Source: an uncultured bacterium (GTDB taxonomy: Bacteria; Patescibacteriota; Minisyncoccia; Phycocordibacterales; CAIJYI01). Taken from it: a stretch of 64,000 nucleotides of DNA. The stretch is from positions 27,159 to 91,158 of the forward strand of contig CAIJYI010000041.1 in NCBI GenBank assembly GCA_903824855.1, given 5' to 3'. The stretch's first letter is position 1, and each line of letters begins with the position of its first letter. Below, piece after piece: positions 18,764 to 27,960 of the stretch. The position numbers were made by a program, and so were the translations under genes. The notes beneath the pieces are model-generated. The model worked only from the letters and a program-made list of their open reading frames with translations. It had not been told where the DNA came from and ran no database searches.

Positions 18764-18793
18764 CTGGCATAAAAATAGTATTCTTTGTATGAT
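18764..18793 (+). promoter_or_regulatory. Conserved promoter-like element copy B, identical 30-mer to 12018-12047, ending 6 nt before the tsaC ATG at 18800
   Basis: Direct comparison. Confidence 0.45.
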
Positions 18794-18799
18794 GAGAAA

Positions 18800-19342
18800 A
18801 TGAGAAATATGGATATTATCGAAATTCTGAAAAACGGTGGTATTGGGATTTTTCCGACCGATACATTGTATGGATTGGTTGGCTCGGCACTTAATCCGTC
18901 CGTAGTGGAAAGAATTTACAAGGTAAGAAAACGGTCAGACGGGAAACCGTTTATTGTTTTGATACACGAGATTAAAGATCTTGAATCTTTTGGCATTTTA
19001 ATTCAGAGTGAAGAAGTAAAAACCGCACAAACGTATTGGCCCGGCCCCGTGAGTATAATTTTACCGTGCGATAATCCTCAATTTGAATATTTGCATCGAG
19101 GAACGAAATCAATCGCTTTTCGCTTGCCGGCAGACATTGAACTTCATAATTTTCTCAAAGAAACCGGTCCGCTTGTCGCACCTTCCGCCAATACCGAAGG
19201 GAATCCGCCGGCACTTACCATAGAAGAAGCAAAAAACTATTTCGAAGACGAAGTTGATTTTTACGTTGATGAAGGAAAAAAGGAAGCTCTGCCTTCAAAA
19301 ATTTTAAAAATTGTCGGAAGTTCTGTTACTACTCTGCGATAA
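18800..19342 (+). CDS. tsaC: L-threonylcarbamoyladenylate synthase (YrdC/TsaC family)
   Basis: The track start is 18785. By analogy with the sigma-gene copy of the upstream element, the start is more likely 18800 (MRNMDIIEIL...). The YrdC-domain signature is GIFPTDTLYGLVG plus a KxR motif. Confidence 0.7.
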   Translation: MRNMDIIEILKNGGIGIFPTDTLYGLVGSALNPSVVERIYKVRKRSDGKPFIVLIHEIKDLESFGILIQSEEVKTAQTYWPGPVSIILPCDNPQFEYLHRGTKSIAFRLPADIELHNFLKETGPLVAPSANTEGNPPALTIEEAKNYFEDEVDFYVDEGKKEALPSKILKIVGSSVTTLR

Positions 19343-19351
19343 AGATATTAT

Positions 19352-19378
19352 TGAGAAAATTCGAAATTTCGGTATAAT
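19352..19378 (+). promoter_or_regulatory. sigma70-like promoter (TTGAGA-N15-TATAAT) upstream of alaS
   Basis: Sequence match. Confidence 0.4.
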
Positions 19379-19386
19379 GAACCAAT

Positions 19387-21171
19387 ATGCAATCAAATGA
19401 AATAAGGGCGAGATTTTTAACTTTTTTTGAGAAACGCGGGCATGCAATTATCCCGAGCGCTTCACTCATTCCTGAAAATGACCCTTCAGTGCTTTTCAAC
19501 ACGGCCGGAATGCAACCATTAGTGCCGTATCTTCTTGGAGAGTCACATCCGAGTGGTGCGACACGTCTCGCGAATTCACAGAAATGCGTCAGAACGGTTG
19601 ATATCGATGAGATAGGTGATAATACCCATGCGACATTTTTTGAAATGCTCGGCAACTGGTCGCTCGGAGATTATTTTAAGGAAGAGGCCATCGAATGGAG
19701 TTTTAAATTACTTACCGACAAAGAAGAAGGATTTGGACTCGATCCGAAACGACTGTATGTAACAGTTTTTGAAGGTGATGAAAATGCTCCTCGTGATGAC
19801 GAGGCTTTTGAAATCTGGAAAAAATATATTCCCGAACATCGCATTTATTTTATGGGTGCGAAGAATAACTGGTGGAGCCCCGGAGATAATGGTCCGTGCG
19901 GTCCCGATTCGGAAATGTTTTACGATGTGACGGTTGAAGGACTCGGTGACATGACGAAGGAAGAATACTTGAAAGCTGATGATGAACAAAAAATTGTTGA
20001 AATCTGGAACGATGTTTTCATGGAATATGAAAAGAAAGATGGAAAAGTAATAGGGAAGTTGTCAAAGAAAAACGTTGATACCGGATCAGGGCTAGAGCGC
20101 GTGACGATGGTCGTTCAAGGAAAAAATAATATTTATGATACCGATTTACTGCAACCGATAGTTCATCAAGTTCATAAAGTTTCTCAAGTTCGTCAAGTTA
20201 CGGACGGAAATGAACGTGTCGAGCGAATTATCGCCGACCACTTGCGCACTTCGATTTTTATGATTGCGGATGGCGTTGTTCCGTCCAATACCGATAGAGG
20301 TTACATCTTGCGACGTCTTTTACGTCGTGCGGTAAGACTTTCACATACCTTGGAACTCAGTTGCGGGCTGGAAGAACTTGTCGGTTCTGTTATTCATATT
20401 TATACTGATTCCTATCCGAATTTAGTAAAAGATGCCGTCAGAATTCAGAATGAAATAAAGAAAGAAGAAGAAAAATTCCGTCTCACACTCGTCCACGGAA
20501 TGAAAGAATTCGAAAGAATTTCAGAAGGGAAGAGTGAATTATCCGGAGCGGAAACCTTCAGTCTTTTTTCCTCGTATGGTTTTCCGATTGAGATAACAAA
20601 AGAACTTGCTTCTGAAAGAGGAATCGTCGTCGATGAAAAAGGCTTTGAAGAAGAATTCAAAAAACATAAAGAAATTTCTGCCGTCGGTTCCGAACAAAAA
20701 TTTAAAGGCGGACTGGCTGATACTTCGGAAATTTCGACGCGTTATCATACCGCCACACATCTTCTCCAAAAAGCTCTCCGTACGGTTTTAGGCGAACACG
20801 TTTTTCAGAAGGGAAGTAATATTACTGCCGAGAGAATGCGTTTTGACTTCTCTCATGGAGAAAAAATGACCGATGAACAGAAGAAAATGACGGAAGATTT
20901 GGTGAATGAAAAAATTAAGGAAGCCTTGCCGGTAATGTACGAGGATCTTCCGATTGATGAAGCCAGAAAACGCAATCCTATCGGCCTATTTGGCGATAAA
21001 TATGGCGATGTCGTTCGTGTTTATACAATAGGCGAAGGCGATAAAAAATGGAGCATTGAGCTTTGTGGAGGCCCACACGTGAAGAATACGAGTGAACTCG
21101 GTCATTTCAAAATCCTTAAAGAAGAAGCCGTGTCAGCAGGAGTCCGAAGAATAAAAGCTGTGCTTGAATAA
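19387..21171 (+). CDS. alaS: Alanyl-tRNA synthetase, short form (catalytic + tRNA-recognition + editing core; no C-Ala domain)
   Basis: 594 aa. N-terminal class II aaRS motifs are present, along with the editing-site motifs HTATHLL and CGGPHV near the C-terminus. The protein ends soon after CGGPHV. Confidence 0.9.
   Translation: MQSNEIRARFLTFFEKRGHAIIPSASLIPENDPSVLFNTAGMQPLVPYLLGESHPSGATRLANSQKCVRTVDIDEIGDNTHATFFEMLGNWSLGDYFKEEAIEWSFKLLTDKEEGFGLDPKRLYVTVFEGDENAPRDDEAFEIWKKYIPEHRIYFMGAKNNWWSPGDNGPCGPDSEMFYDVTVEGLGDMTKEEYLKADDEQKIVEIWNDVFMEYEKKDGKVIGKLSKKNVDTGSGLERVTMVVQGKNNIYDTDLLQPIVHQVHKVSQVRQVTDGNERVERIIADHLRTSIFMIADGVVPSNTDRGYILRRLLRRAVRLSHTLELSCGLEELVGSVIHIYTDSYPNLVKDAVRIQNEIKKEEEKFRLTLVHGMKEFERISEGKSELSGAETFSLFSSYGFPIEITKELASERGIVVDEKGFEEEFKKHKEISAVGSEQKFKGGLADTSEISTRYHTATHLLQKALRTVLGEHVFQKGSNITAERMRFDFSHGEKMTDEQKKMTEDLVNEKIKEALPVMYEDLPIDEARKRNPIGLFGDKYGDVVRVYTIGEGDKKWSIELCGGPHVKNTSELGHFKILKEEAVSAGVRRIKAVLE
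20161..20199 (+). repeat. In-frame tandem 9-nt repeat (GTTCATCAA / GTTCATAAA / GTTTCTCAA / GTTCGTCAA) inside alaS encoding VHQVHKVSQVRQV
   Basis: Direct reading. Same unit family as the arrays at 3386-3429 and 55878-55922. Confidence 0.7.
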
Positions 21172-21185
21172 TTTTTAAAAAAATA

Positions 21186-21222
21186 AACCGCTTCGAATAT
21201 TTTCGAAGCGGTTTTGGTTTAT
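21186..21222 (+). terminator. Rho-independent terminator (AACCGCTTCGAA-TATT-TTCGAAGCGGTT + TTGGTTT)
   Basis: Direct reading; lies downstream of alaS. Confidence 0.8.
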
Positions 21223-21329
21223 TATTGAGAGTAAAGGAAACATTCTTTTTTTATGATTGCCGAACCTGTTTTTGAACGTTATGCACACCCGTTTTTTTCC
21301 ATCTTATGTTATAATATAGGCAATGGGGA

Positions 21330-22514
21330 GTGTTCAAACTTCCTTTTGAAATGGGAATATTTTCTTCAAACAAACCACACATCGCGACAATAATTGATAT
21401 CGGAAGTTCGAGTATCGGGGCTTCGGCTGTTTTACTGTATCCGGATAAAAAACCCTCCGTTCTTTATACTATTCGAAAGGATATGGCGTTTCAGGAAAAG
21501 TTTAATTTTGATCGATTCGTTCTTTCAATGTTAGAAACGCTTGAGAATGTTGTTCAAGAATTATCATCATTTCCGCTTCCTTCACATTCAGATCAAACGA
21601 CGCTCTGTGTGTTTTCTTCTCCATGGTATGCTTCTCAAACACGTTCTGTTAAAAAAACTTTTGAAACAACGACAAAAATAACGGAAAAAATTCTGGAAGA
21701 AATACAGAATACTGAAGTTGAAGCATTTAAACAATCTGAACTTAAAAGTATGGGTGAAGATGCTGTTATTCTTGAAGCTGAAACTATTCAGACAAAAATA
21801 AACGGCTATGAGACCGCTCATCCATTTGGAAAACAGGCGAATGATATGCAGACGGTTATGTATATCAGTATTTCTCCCAAATCTATTATAAAACCGGTCA
21901 CAGATAAGTTACGAAAACACATTCACGGTAATAATCTGCATTTTTCATCATTTTCTTTTTGTTCGTTCGTCGCGGTGCGAGATATATTTCACGGAAAGAA
22001 TTTCATGCTCATCGATATTTCAGGTGAGGTGAGTGATATTTCTATTGTTAAAGACCATGTGTTGCAGGAGACGTTTTCATTTCCTTTCGGCAAGAATTTC
22101 CTTTTACGAAAAATTGCTTCAGAAACCGGTCATACCTTTCAGGAAGCGATTTCACAATTCAGAATGGTCAGTAATTTAGAATCAAATGAAAATAATTCAA
22201 AGAAAATTTTGATTGCGATGGAAAAAGCAGGCAAGGATTGGCTTCTTGAATGCAAAAATGCACTCACGCCGATTCTTGAAAACCAAGAAGTTCTCCCCCA
22301 TGATGTTTTTATTACAGCCGACGAAGATGTTTCAATGTGGTTTATTTCTAATGTTCAAGAATTCGAAAATTCATCTTTTACTTTTACCGATAAACAATTT
22401 TCCATCAAGCATTTGAATCCTACATTCCTATCTTCGTTTTGCGAATCAGAAACCGGAGTTGAGAGAGACCCTTTTATTATGATTGAGAGTCTTTTTGTAA
22501 AACGTTTTATTTAA
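21330..22514 (+). CDS. Divergent actin-fold (ASKHA) ATPase, FtsA/PilM-like
   Basis: 394 aa. Phosphate-1-like IDIGSSSIGASAV near the N-terminus. Phosphate-2-like LIDISGEVSDISIV at about residue 215, compared with FtsA DIGGGTTD. Extended -10 TGtTATAAT at 21308-21316. Confidence 0.4.
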   Translation: MFKLPFEMGIFSSNKPHIATIIDIGSSSIGASAVLLYPDKKPSVLYTIRKDMAFQEKFNFDRFVLSMLETLENVVQELSSFPLPSHSDQTTLCVFSSPWYASQTRSVKKTFETTTKITEKILEEIQNTEVEAFKQSELKSMGEDAVILEAETIQTKINGYETAHPFGKQANDMQTVMYISISPKSIIKPVTDKLRKHIHGNNLHFSSFSFCSFVAVRDIFHGKNFMLIDISGEVSDISIVKDHVLQETFSFPFGKNFLLRKIASETGHTFQEAISQFRMVSNLESNENNSKKILIAMEKAGKDWLLECKNALTPILENQEVLPHDVFITADEDVSMWFISNVQEFENSSFTFTDKQFSIKHLNPTFLSSFCESETGVERDPFIMIESLFVKRFI

Positions 22515-22576
22515 TATTTCTTTTATCAAATATCGCGAGTCAAATTTATTAACCCCTTTTTATAAAAAACAAACAT

Positions 22577-24031
22577 ATGGTAAAAAAGATAATGCAGGAT
22601 GTCGTTTCGATAAAAAAGGAACCCCATGGTAATTCTCGAACGGTCAATAGCGGGGAAAAAATAACGAAACACTCAGTCTCCCCTGTGGAATCATTTCCTG
22701 AAAAAAAGGAATTCCGAAAAGCAACGAAACAAGTTGAAGAAATTCTTCCCGAAATGGAAAGAGATGAACAAAAAATTAAGGATGAAGTACTCGAAAGTTC
22801 CCCTATTTTTGCTAAACTCAAACAGCGACATGATGAAAGGGAGAGTTTTTCAGAGGAGTATGCCGCGGGTCACAATAAGCTCTGGAAAACATATTTTGTT
22901 AAGGGTATTTTTGCGGCAGTGATTCTCATAGTTTTCGGCATTGTCGTTTGGAGTACCGCATTTTATTCCGCATTTATTTCAATACATCTTAAACACTCTA
23001 AGGTAGCTTTGAATAATCAAGAATTCCATTCTGCTGCTGATACACCGGATCTCGTTCCTTATCAAATAATGTCATTATCTGAACAAGCCAGTGTAAAAAT
23101 TACCCCAACCGGTGAAAAAAGAGTAACACAAAAAGCTTCCGGCCCGATCGTTGTTTACAATAATTTCAAGACTCAGCCTCAAATATTAGTAAAGAATACC
23201 CGATTTGAGAGCGCTGACGGCAAAATTTATCGAATCGATCGCCAGATTGTTATTCCGGGAATTAAAAAAGTATCAGGCAAAGATGTCCCCGGTTCCGTTG
23301 AGGTTACGGTGTATGCTGATGAAGCAGGATCAGATTATAATATAGGGCTCACTGATTTTACCATTCCAGGCTTTAAGGGTTCGCCACAATATCAAAAGTT
23401 TTACGGACGTTCAAAGGCGGCGATGAAAGGTGGAGCTTCCGGAATGATTAAAACAATTTCCGATGCCGACAGAGAAGCGGCAAAGACCAGTTTAACGAAA
23501 TCTCTGACCGATAAACTCACAGCGAAGGCAAAGACTCAAAAACCAAAAGGAACTGTACTTTATCCAAAAGCGATGTTCTTCACCTTTATTGATTCAGTTG
23601 ATGATAACGCCGCATCAACAGAAAAGGACGTTTCCTTCACCTTGAAGGGGGAATTAGGAGTAATCTTATTTAATGAAGACGAACTGAGTCGAAGTATCGT
23701 AAAAACGAACGGGGAAGTGACTGCAGATGAAAAAATAGCTATTGATAAAATAGAGAGTCTTGATTTTGAATGGAAGATTCCAATGAGCAGTGTTCCTGAC
23801 AAAACCGCTACCTTGGACTTTACGCTTTCCGGTCCAGCCAACGCTGTCTGGGTGGTTGATATAAATTCCTTTAAGAATAAACTTGCAGGAACGAGCAATT
23901 CAGGGTATCCTAAAATAGTCTCAGAATTCCCCGGAATTGAGAAAGTTACGAAGAATTCTATCAGTCCATTCTGGATGAATACATACCCGAAGGACACAAC
24001 CAAGATATATATAGAGACCATTATTGATTAA
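22577..24031 (+). CDS. Membrane protein (hypothetical); possible partner of the FtsA/PilM-like ATPase
   Basis: 484 aa. Acidic/basic N-terminal cytoplasmic segment, one TM (GIFAAVILIVFGIVVW), then a ~360-aa extracytoplasmic domain of unknown family. Confidence 0.45.
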   Translation: MVKKIMQDVVSIKKEPHGNSRTVNSGEKITKHSVSPVESFPEKKEFRKATKQVEEILPEMERDEQKIKDEVLESSPIFAKLKQRHDERESFSEEYAAGHNKLWKTYFVKGIFAAVILIVFGIVVWSTAFYSAFISIHLKHSKVALNNQEFHSAADTPDLVPYQIMSLSEQASVKITPTGEKRVTQKASGPIVVYNNFKTQPQILVKNTRFESADGKIYRIDRQIVIPGIKKVSGKDVPGSVEVTVYADEAGSDYNIGLTDFTIPGFKGSPQYQKFYGRSKAAMKGGASGMIKTISDADREAAKTSLTKSLTDKLTAKAKTQKPKGTVLYPKAMFFTFIDSVDDNAASTEKDVSFTLKGELGVILFNEDELSRSIVKTNGEVTADEKIAIDKIESLDFEWKIPMSSVPDKTATLDFTLSGPANAVWVVDINSFKNKLAGTSNSGYPKIVSEFPGIEKVTKNSISPFWMNTYPKDTTKIYIETIID

Positions 24032-24091
24032 TCACATATTAGTGCTTGACTATTTTAGCTAAAATATGCTAGCATAGTGAAACTTACGCAA

Positions 24092-24310
24092 ATGAATTTA
24101 AAAGAGAAAGAAGAGGGCGTATATGGTACCATCACAGAGGCTTTGCCGAATACCTTGTTCCGTGTGTTATTAGACGGAGTTAAGGAAGAAAAGTTGGCCT
24201 ATTTGTCGGGTAAAATGCGAATTCACAGAATTAAAGTTCTGGTCGGAGATCGTGTTTTTGTCACTCTCGATCCTTATGGAGGAAAGGGGCGTATTACAAA
24301 ACGGTTATAG
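24092..24310 (+). CDS. infA: Translation initiation factor IF-1
   Basis: The track start is 24077; Met at 24092 gives a 72-aa product. S1-like motif ...[57 protein letters not shown]. Confidence 0.85.
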   Translation: MNLKEKEEGVYGTITEALPNTLFRVLLDGVKEEKLAYLSGKMRIHRIKVLVGDRVFVTLDPYGGKGRITKRL

Positions 24311-24442
24311 TTTCGTTATTTCTTTGGAAAAGGAGTTGTTTTCCGAAGTTCACGTTTAACTCATCATCCGTCATAAAAGCGGAGGAAGAAGGGAAAGACG
24401 TACCGAGTTACTTTTATAGTTTAAAATTTATCATAAAATATT

Positions 24443-24556
24443 ATGCGAGTAAGAGCTGCAGTTAAAAAGATTTGTCCGAAATGCAAGACTGTTAGACGAA
24501 CAGGTCGTGTGTTTGTAATTTGCGATAATGCTCGTCATAAACAGCGACAAGGCTAA
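24443..24556 (+). CDS. rpmJ: 50S ribosomal protein L36
   Basis: 37 aa, absent from the track because it is under 60 aa. [37 protein letters not shown] has the canonical L36 Cys pattern. Confidence 0.85.
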   Translation: MRVRAAVKKICPKCKTVRRTGRVFVICDNARHKQRQG

Positions 24557-24574
24557 TTAAATTTATATAATATT

Positions 24575-24955
24575 ATGCGTATCCTTGGAATCACCATACC
24601 TGATAATAAACGTCTTGAGATAGGATTAACATCTATCTACGGAATCGGCAGAACAACTGCTAAAAAGATACTAACAGAAGCTAGTGTCGATTTTGGTTTG
24701 CGACCAAATGCTTTAACTCCTGACCAGGAGGCTTTTATAAGAAAGGAAATCGAAGGAAGAAAGGTTGAAGGAGATTTGAAACGTCTCGTTGCCGGAAATG
24801 TAAAGCGTTTGAAAGATATTAAAAGTTACAGAGGAACCAGACACGCGAGAAGACTTCCGTCACGCGGACAAAGAACTAAAACCAACTCCCGCACCGTTAG
24901 AGGCAATGTCCGTAAGACTATGGGATCGGGACGCAGAAAAGTTGAAAAGACATAA
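24575..24955 (+). CDS. rpsM: 30S ribosomal protein S13
   Basis: 126 aa. MRILGITIPDNKRLEIGLTSIYGIGRTTAKKIL... Confidence 0.9.
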   Translation: MRILGITIPDNKRLEIGLTSIYGIGRTTAKKILTEASVDFGLRPNALTPDQEAFIRKEIEGRKVEGDLKRLVAGNVKRLKDIKSYRGTRHARRLPSRGQRTKTNSRTVRGNVRKTMGSGRRKVEKT

Positions 24956-24994
24956 AAATTGTTAAAATCTAGAAATCAATAAAAACCTAAAAAA

Positions 24995-25423
24995 ATGGGA
25001 AAGAAACGAATAGTTAAAAAAGGAGGTGAAGGAGCATCGGGAAAACCGAGATCTTTGAGCCGCGTACCGAAGAAGAAAGTTTCTTCAGGTCGCTTGTATG
25101 TTGAATCAACCTACAACAATACTAAAGTTGTCCTTACAGACTCTTTAGGAAATGCTCTTGTCTGGTCTTCATCCGGAACACTGGGATTCAGAGGTGCAAA
25201 GAAAGGTACCCCGTTCGCAGCAGCTAAAGTTGGTGAATTGGTTGGAGAAAAAGCTCAGACCATGGGAATGAAAGAAGCCGCAGTGATTATCAAGGGAGTT
25301 GGCGCAGGCCGTGAGGCTACTGTCCGAGGATTCGTTTCAAAAGGAATCGATATCACTTCCATCAAAGATACCACCCCGGTTCCACATAATGGCCCGAAGC
25401 CAAAGAAACCAAGAAGAGTTTAG
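24995..25423 (+). CDS. rpsK: 30S ribosomal protein S11
   Basis: 142 aa. ...GTPFAAAKVGELVGEKAQTMGMKEAAVIIKGVGAGREATVRGF... Confidence 0.9.
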   Translation: MGKKRIVKKGGEGASGKPRSLSRVPKKKVSSGRLYVESTYNNTKVVLTDSLGNALVWSSSGTLGFRGAKKGTPFAAAKVGELVGEKAQTMGMKEAAVIIKGVGAGREATVRGFVSKGIDITSIKDTTPVPHNGPKPKKPRRV

Positions 25424-25537
25424 TTAATTAAATTATGCTTCCACGGTACTGGAAAGGAAAGTATGAAAACATAGGTTTTCATCCCTCGGCCCACAGCCGA
25501 GCCTACGCCTAAGCGGGCCGCGCGAGCGATCAATCAA

Positions 25538-26161
25538 ATGGACAAAAAATGTAAAATTTGTAGACGCGCAGGAGAAAAGCTTTTCTTAAAAGGAGAAAGG
25601 TGTTTTTCGCCGAAGTGCGGAATTATGCGCAAGGCATACCCACCGGGTAAGCGTGACTCTGAAAGGAAACACCGCAGCACCGTCACTGAGTATGGCACAC
25701 AGTTGCGCGAAAAACAGAAAGTTCGCAACACCTATGGACTCTCAGAAAAACAGTTTTCAAACTACGTAAAGGAAGTCACGAGTTCAAAAGGAGACCCTTC
25801 AACTCTTTTATACGAAACGATGGAAATGAGATTAGATAACACCATCTACCGCCTCGGACTTGCAAAATCACGTTCAGAAGGAAGACAAATGGTATCGCAC
25901 GGACATTTCTTGGTTAACGGAAAAAGACTCACCATCCCTTCACATCATGTTAAAATCGGCGACGTAATCAAGATTCGTCCCGGAAGTATGACAAACATCC
26001 CATTCATGGGAATTACTGAAAAAACAGGGAGAGGCCCTATCCCTGCGTGGCTTTCATTCGATCAGAAGAAAGCCGAAGCCGTTGTTCTCGGAAAACCAAT
26101 TCTGGACAAAGGAGCTTCTGAATTCAAACTCACCTCCGTCATCGAGTATTACAGCAGATAG
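25538..26161 (+). CDS. rpsD: 30S ribosomal protein S4 (with N-terminal C4 zinc ribbon)
   Basis: 207 aa. Zinc ribbon CKICRR...CFSPKCG. S4 domain RLDNTIYRLGLAKSRSEGRQMVSHGHFLVNGKRLTIPSHHVKIGDVI. Confidence 0.9.
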   Translation: MDKKCKICRRAGEKLFLKGERCFSPKCGIMRKAYPPGKRDSERKHRSTVTEYGTQLREKQKVRNTYGLSEKQFSNYVKEVTSSKGDPSTLLYETMEMRLDNTIYRLGLAKSRSEGRQMVSHGHFLVNGKRLTIPSHHVKIGDVIKIRPGSMTNIPFMGITEKTGRGPIPAWLSFDQKKAEAVVLGKPILDKGASEFKLTSVIEYYSR

Positions 26162-26216
26162 TAACTCTTTACAAATCTGTGTTAATAATGTATATTGTTT
26201 AATAACATAAAAAAAC

Positions 26217-27197
26217 ATGCTCGAAACAGACATTTTATTGCCATCGAAACCAAGAGTAATTGAGGAAAGTGAATTTTCCGGCGTCTTTGAGATAGACGGA
26301 TTATATCCTGGTTATGGACACACGCTCGGTAATTCGCTTAGGCGAATTATATTGTCATCCCTTCCGGGAGCGGCAATTACCTCCGTAAAAATAGACGGAG
26401 TTAGTCACGAGTTCAGCACGCTTGAAGGCGTCAAACAGGACGTCATAATGATCCTTATTAACCTTAAAAAGGTTCGTTTGAAAGTTACCGGAGATGAACC
26501 GCAGGAGATTACTTTGTCCGCAAAGGGGCCAAAGACACTCACTGCTAAAGACATCAAAACGCCGGGACAAGTAGAAATTTTAAACGGAGATCAGGAGATA
26601 GTTGAGATTACCGGTCACAATACCGCTCTCAACATTAGCATGACCGTTCAAAAAGGGCTCGGATATGCTACCCGCGAAGAATTACAAAAAGACAAAGTCG
26701 AAGTCGGCGCAATTTTACTCGATTCAATTTTCACACCGGTTCGCCGCGTGAATTACGAAGTCGAAGATATGCGCGTTGGAGATAAGACCGACCACAACAG
26801 ACTCCGTATTATGATTGAGACCGACGGTTCCATTACATCAAGAGAAGCTCTTGAAATGGCTATCGAGATCATGATTAAACAATTACAATCAATCGTAGGC
26901 TTTAAAGAAAAATCAGAACAGATTGAAGAGAAAGAAATGGCTGAAGAGGCACAGAACAGAGAAAAAGCCCGAAGAGAAAAAGATGATACCGACCCTGAAC
27001 TCTTAAAGACACGCATCGAGACTATGAATATGACCACGAGAACGCAAAACGCTCTCTCTGCGGCCAACATCAGAACCCTCGGCGGATTAGTCAGAAAGAA
27101 AGAGGAAGATTTACTTGATATCGACGGACTTGGAGAAAAAGGAATTCAAGAAATCAAGAAAGTATTGTTCGATTTAGGATTAACATTAAGACAGTAA
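26217..27197 (+). CDS. rpoA: DNA-directed RNA polymerase alpha subunit
   Basis: 326 aa. ...GHTLGNSLRRIILSSLPGAAIT... with a C-terminal alphaCTD (...LGEKGIQEIKKVL...). Confidence 0.9.
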   Translation: MLETDILLPSKPRVIEESEFSGVFEIDGLYPGYGHTLGNSLRRIILSSLPGAAITSVKIDGVSHEFSTLEGVKQDVIMILINLKKVRLKVTGDEPQEITLSAKGPKTLTAKDIKTPGQVEILNGDQEIVEITGHNTALNISMTVQKGLGYATREELQKDKVEVGAILLDSIFTPVRRVNYEVEDMRVGDKTDHNRLRIMIETDGSITSREALEMAIEIMIKQLQSIVGFKEKSEQIEEKEMAEEAQNREKARREKDDTDPELLKTRIETMNMTTRTQNALSAANIRTLGGLVRKKEEDLLDIDGLGEKGIQEIKKVLFDLGLTLRQ

Positions 27198-27238
27198 AAT
27201 AACAGCTAACCAAGCGCTCTAAACGGGCGAGAACCAAC

Positions 27239-27589
27239 ATGAGACATCACGACGCAAACAGAAAATTCGGAAGAGAGAAGAAGGTGCGAGTCGCACTCCT
27301 TCGCTCTTTGGCGGTTTCGCTCGTCCGTTACGAGAAGATTAAAACCACCGAAGCAAAAGCAAAAGAACTTCGCCCTCTCATTGAGAAAGCGATTACCAAA
27401 GGCCGAAATGGAGACCTTGCCGCTCGCCGCGTGCTCTTAGAGCAAATCGGAGGTGTTGCAACCGTCAAAAAATTGGTTGAAGAAATTGCTCCTCGTTACA
27501 TGAAGAGAACCGGAGGTTATACCAGAATCACAAAGATTGCTCCAAGAAAGGGCGACGCGAGCAAGATGGCTATTATTGAATTTGTATAA
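27239..27589 (+). CDS. rplQ: 50S ribosomal protein L17
   Basis: 116 aa. MRHHDANRKFGREKKVRVALLRSLAVSLVRYEKIKTTEAKAKELR... Confidence 0.9.
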   Translation: MRHHDANRKFGREKKVRVALLRSLAVSLVRYEKIKTTEAKAKELRPLIEKAITKGRNGDLAARRVLLEQIGGVATVKKLVEEIAPRYMKRTGGYTRITKIAPRKGDASKMAIIEFV

Positions 27590-27593
27590 AAAC

Positions 27594-27950
27594 ATGACGA
27601 ATACCACAATCTACACTATTGACGCGGAAGGAAAAAAACTCGGAAGAGTAGCCTCTGTCGCCGCTGCGCACCTTACCGGGAAAACAAGCCCGACCTTTGT
27701 TCGCAATGCGATCATGGGAGAAAAAGTACGCATCATTAATGCTTCAAAAGTTTCAATCGACCCAAAGAAGCTCGTTCAGAAAACTTACGGCCGATATTCC
27801 GGATACCCGGGAGGTTTGAAAATCCGCCGAATGGAAGAAGTTATCGCCAAGAAAGGTCACAAAGAAATCTTTGTGAAAGCTATCTTCGGAATGGTCCCTT
27901 CAAATCGTTTACGAGCCAAGATCATGAAGAATCTTGAAGTTGTCGACTAA
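27594..27950 (+). CDS. rplM: 50S ribosomal protein L13
   Basis: The track start is 27537, overlapping rplQ. The ATG at 27594 gives [30 protein letters not shown]..., which aligns with L13 N-termini. Confidence 0.85.
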   Translation: MTNTTIYTIDAEGKKLGRVASVAAAHLTGKTSPTFVRNAIMGEKVRIINASKVSIDPKKLVQKTYGRYSGYPGGLKIRRMEEVIAKKGHKEIFVKAIFGMVPSNRLRAKIMKNLEVVD

Positions 27951-27960
27951 ATTTAAATAT

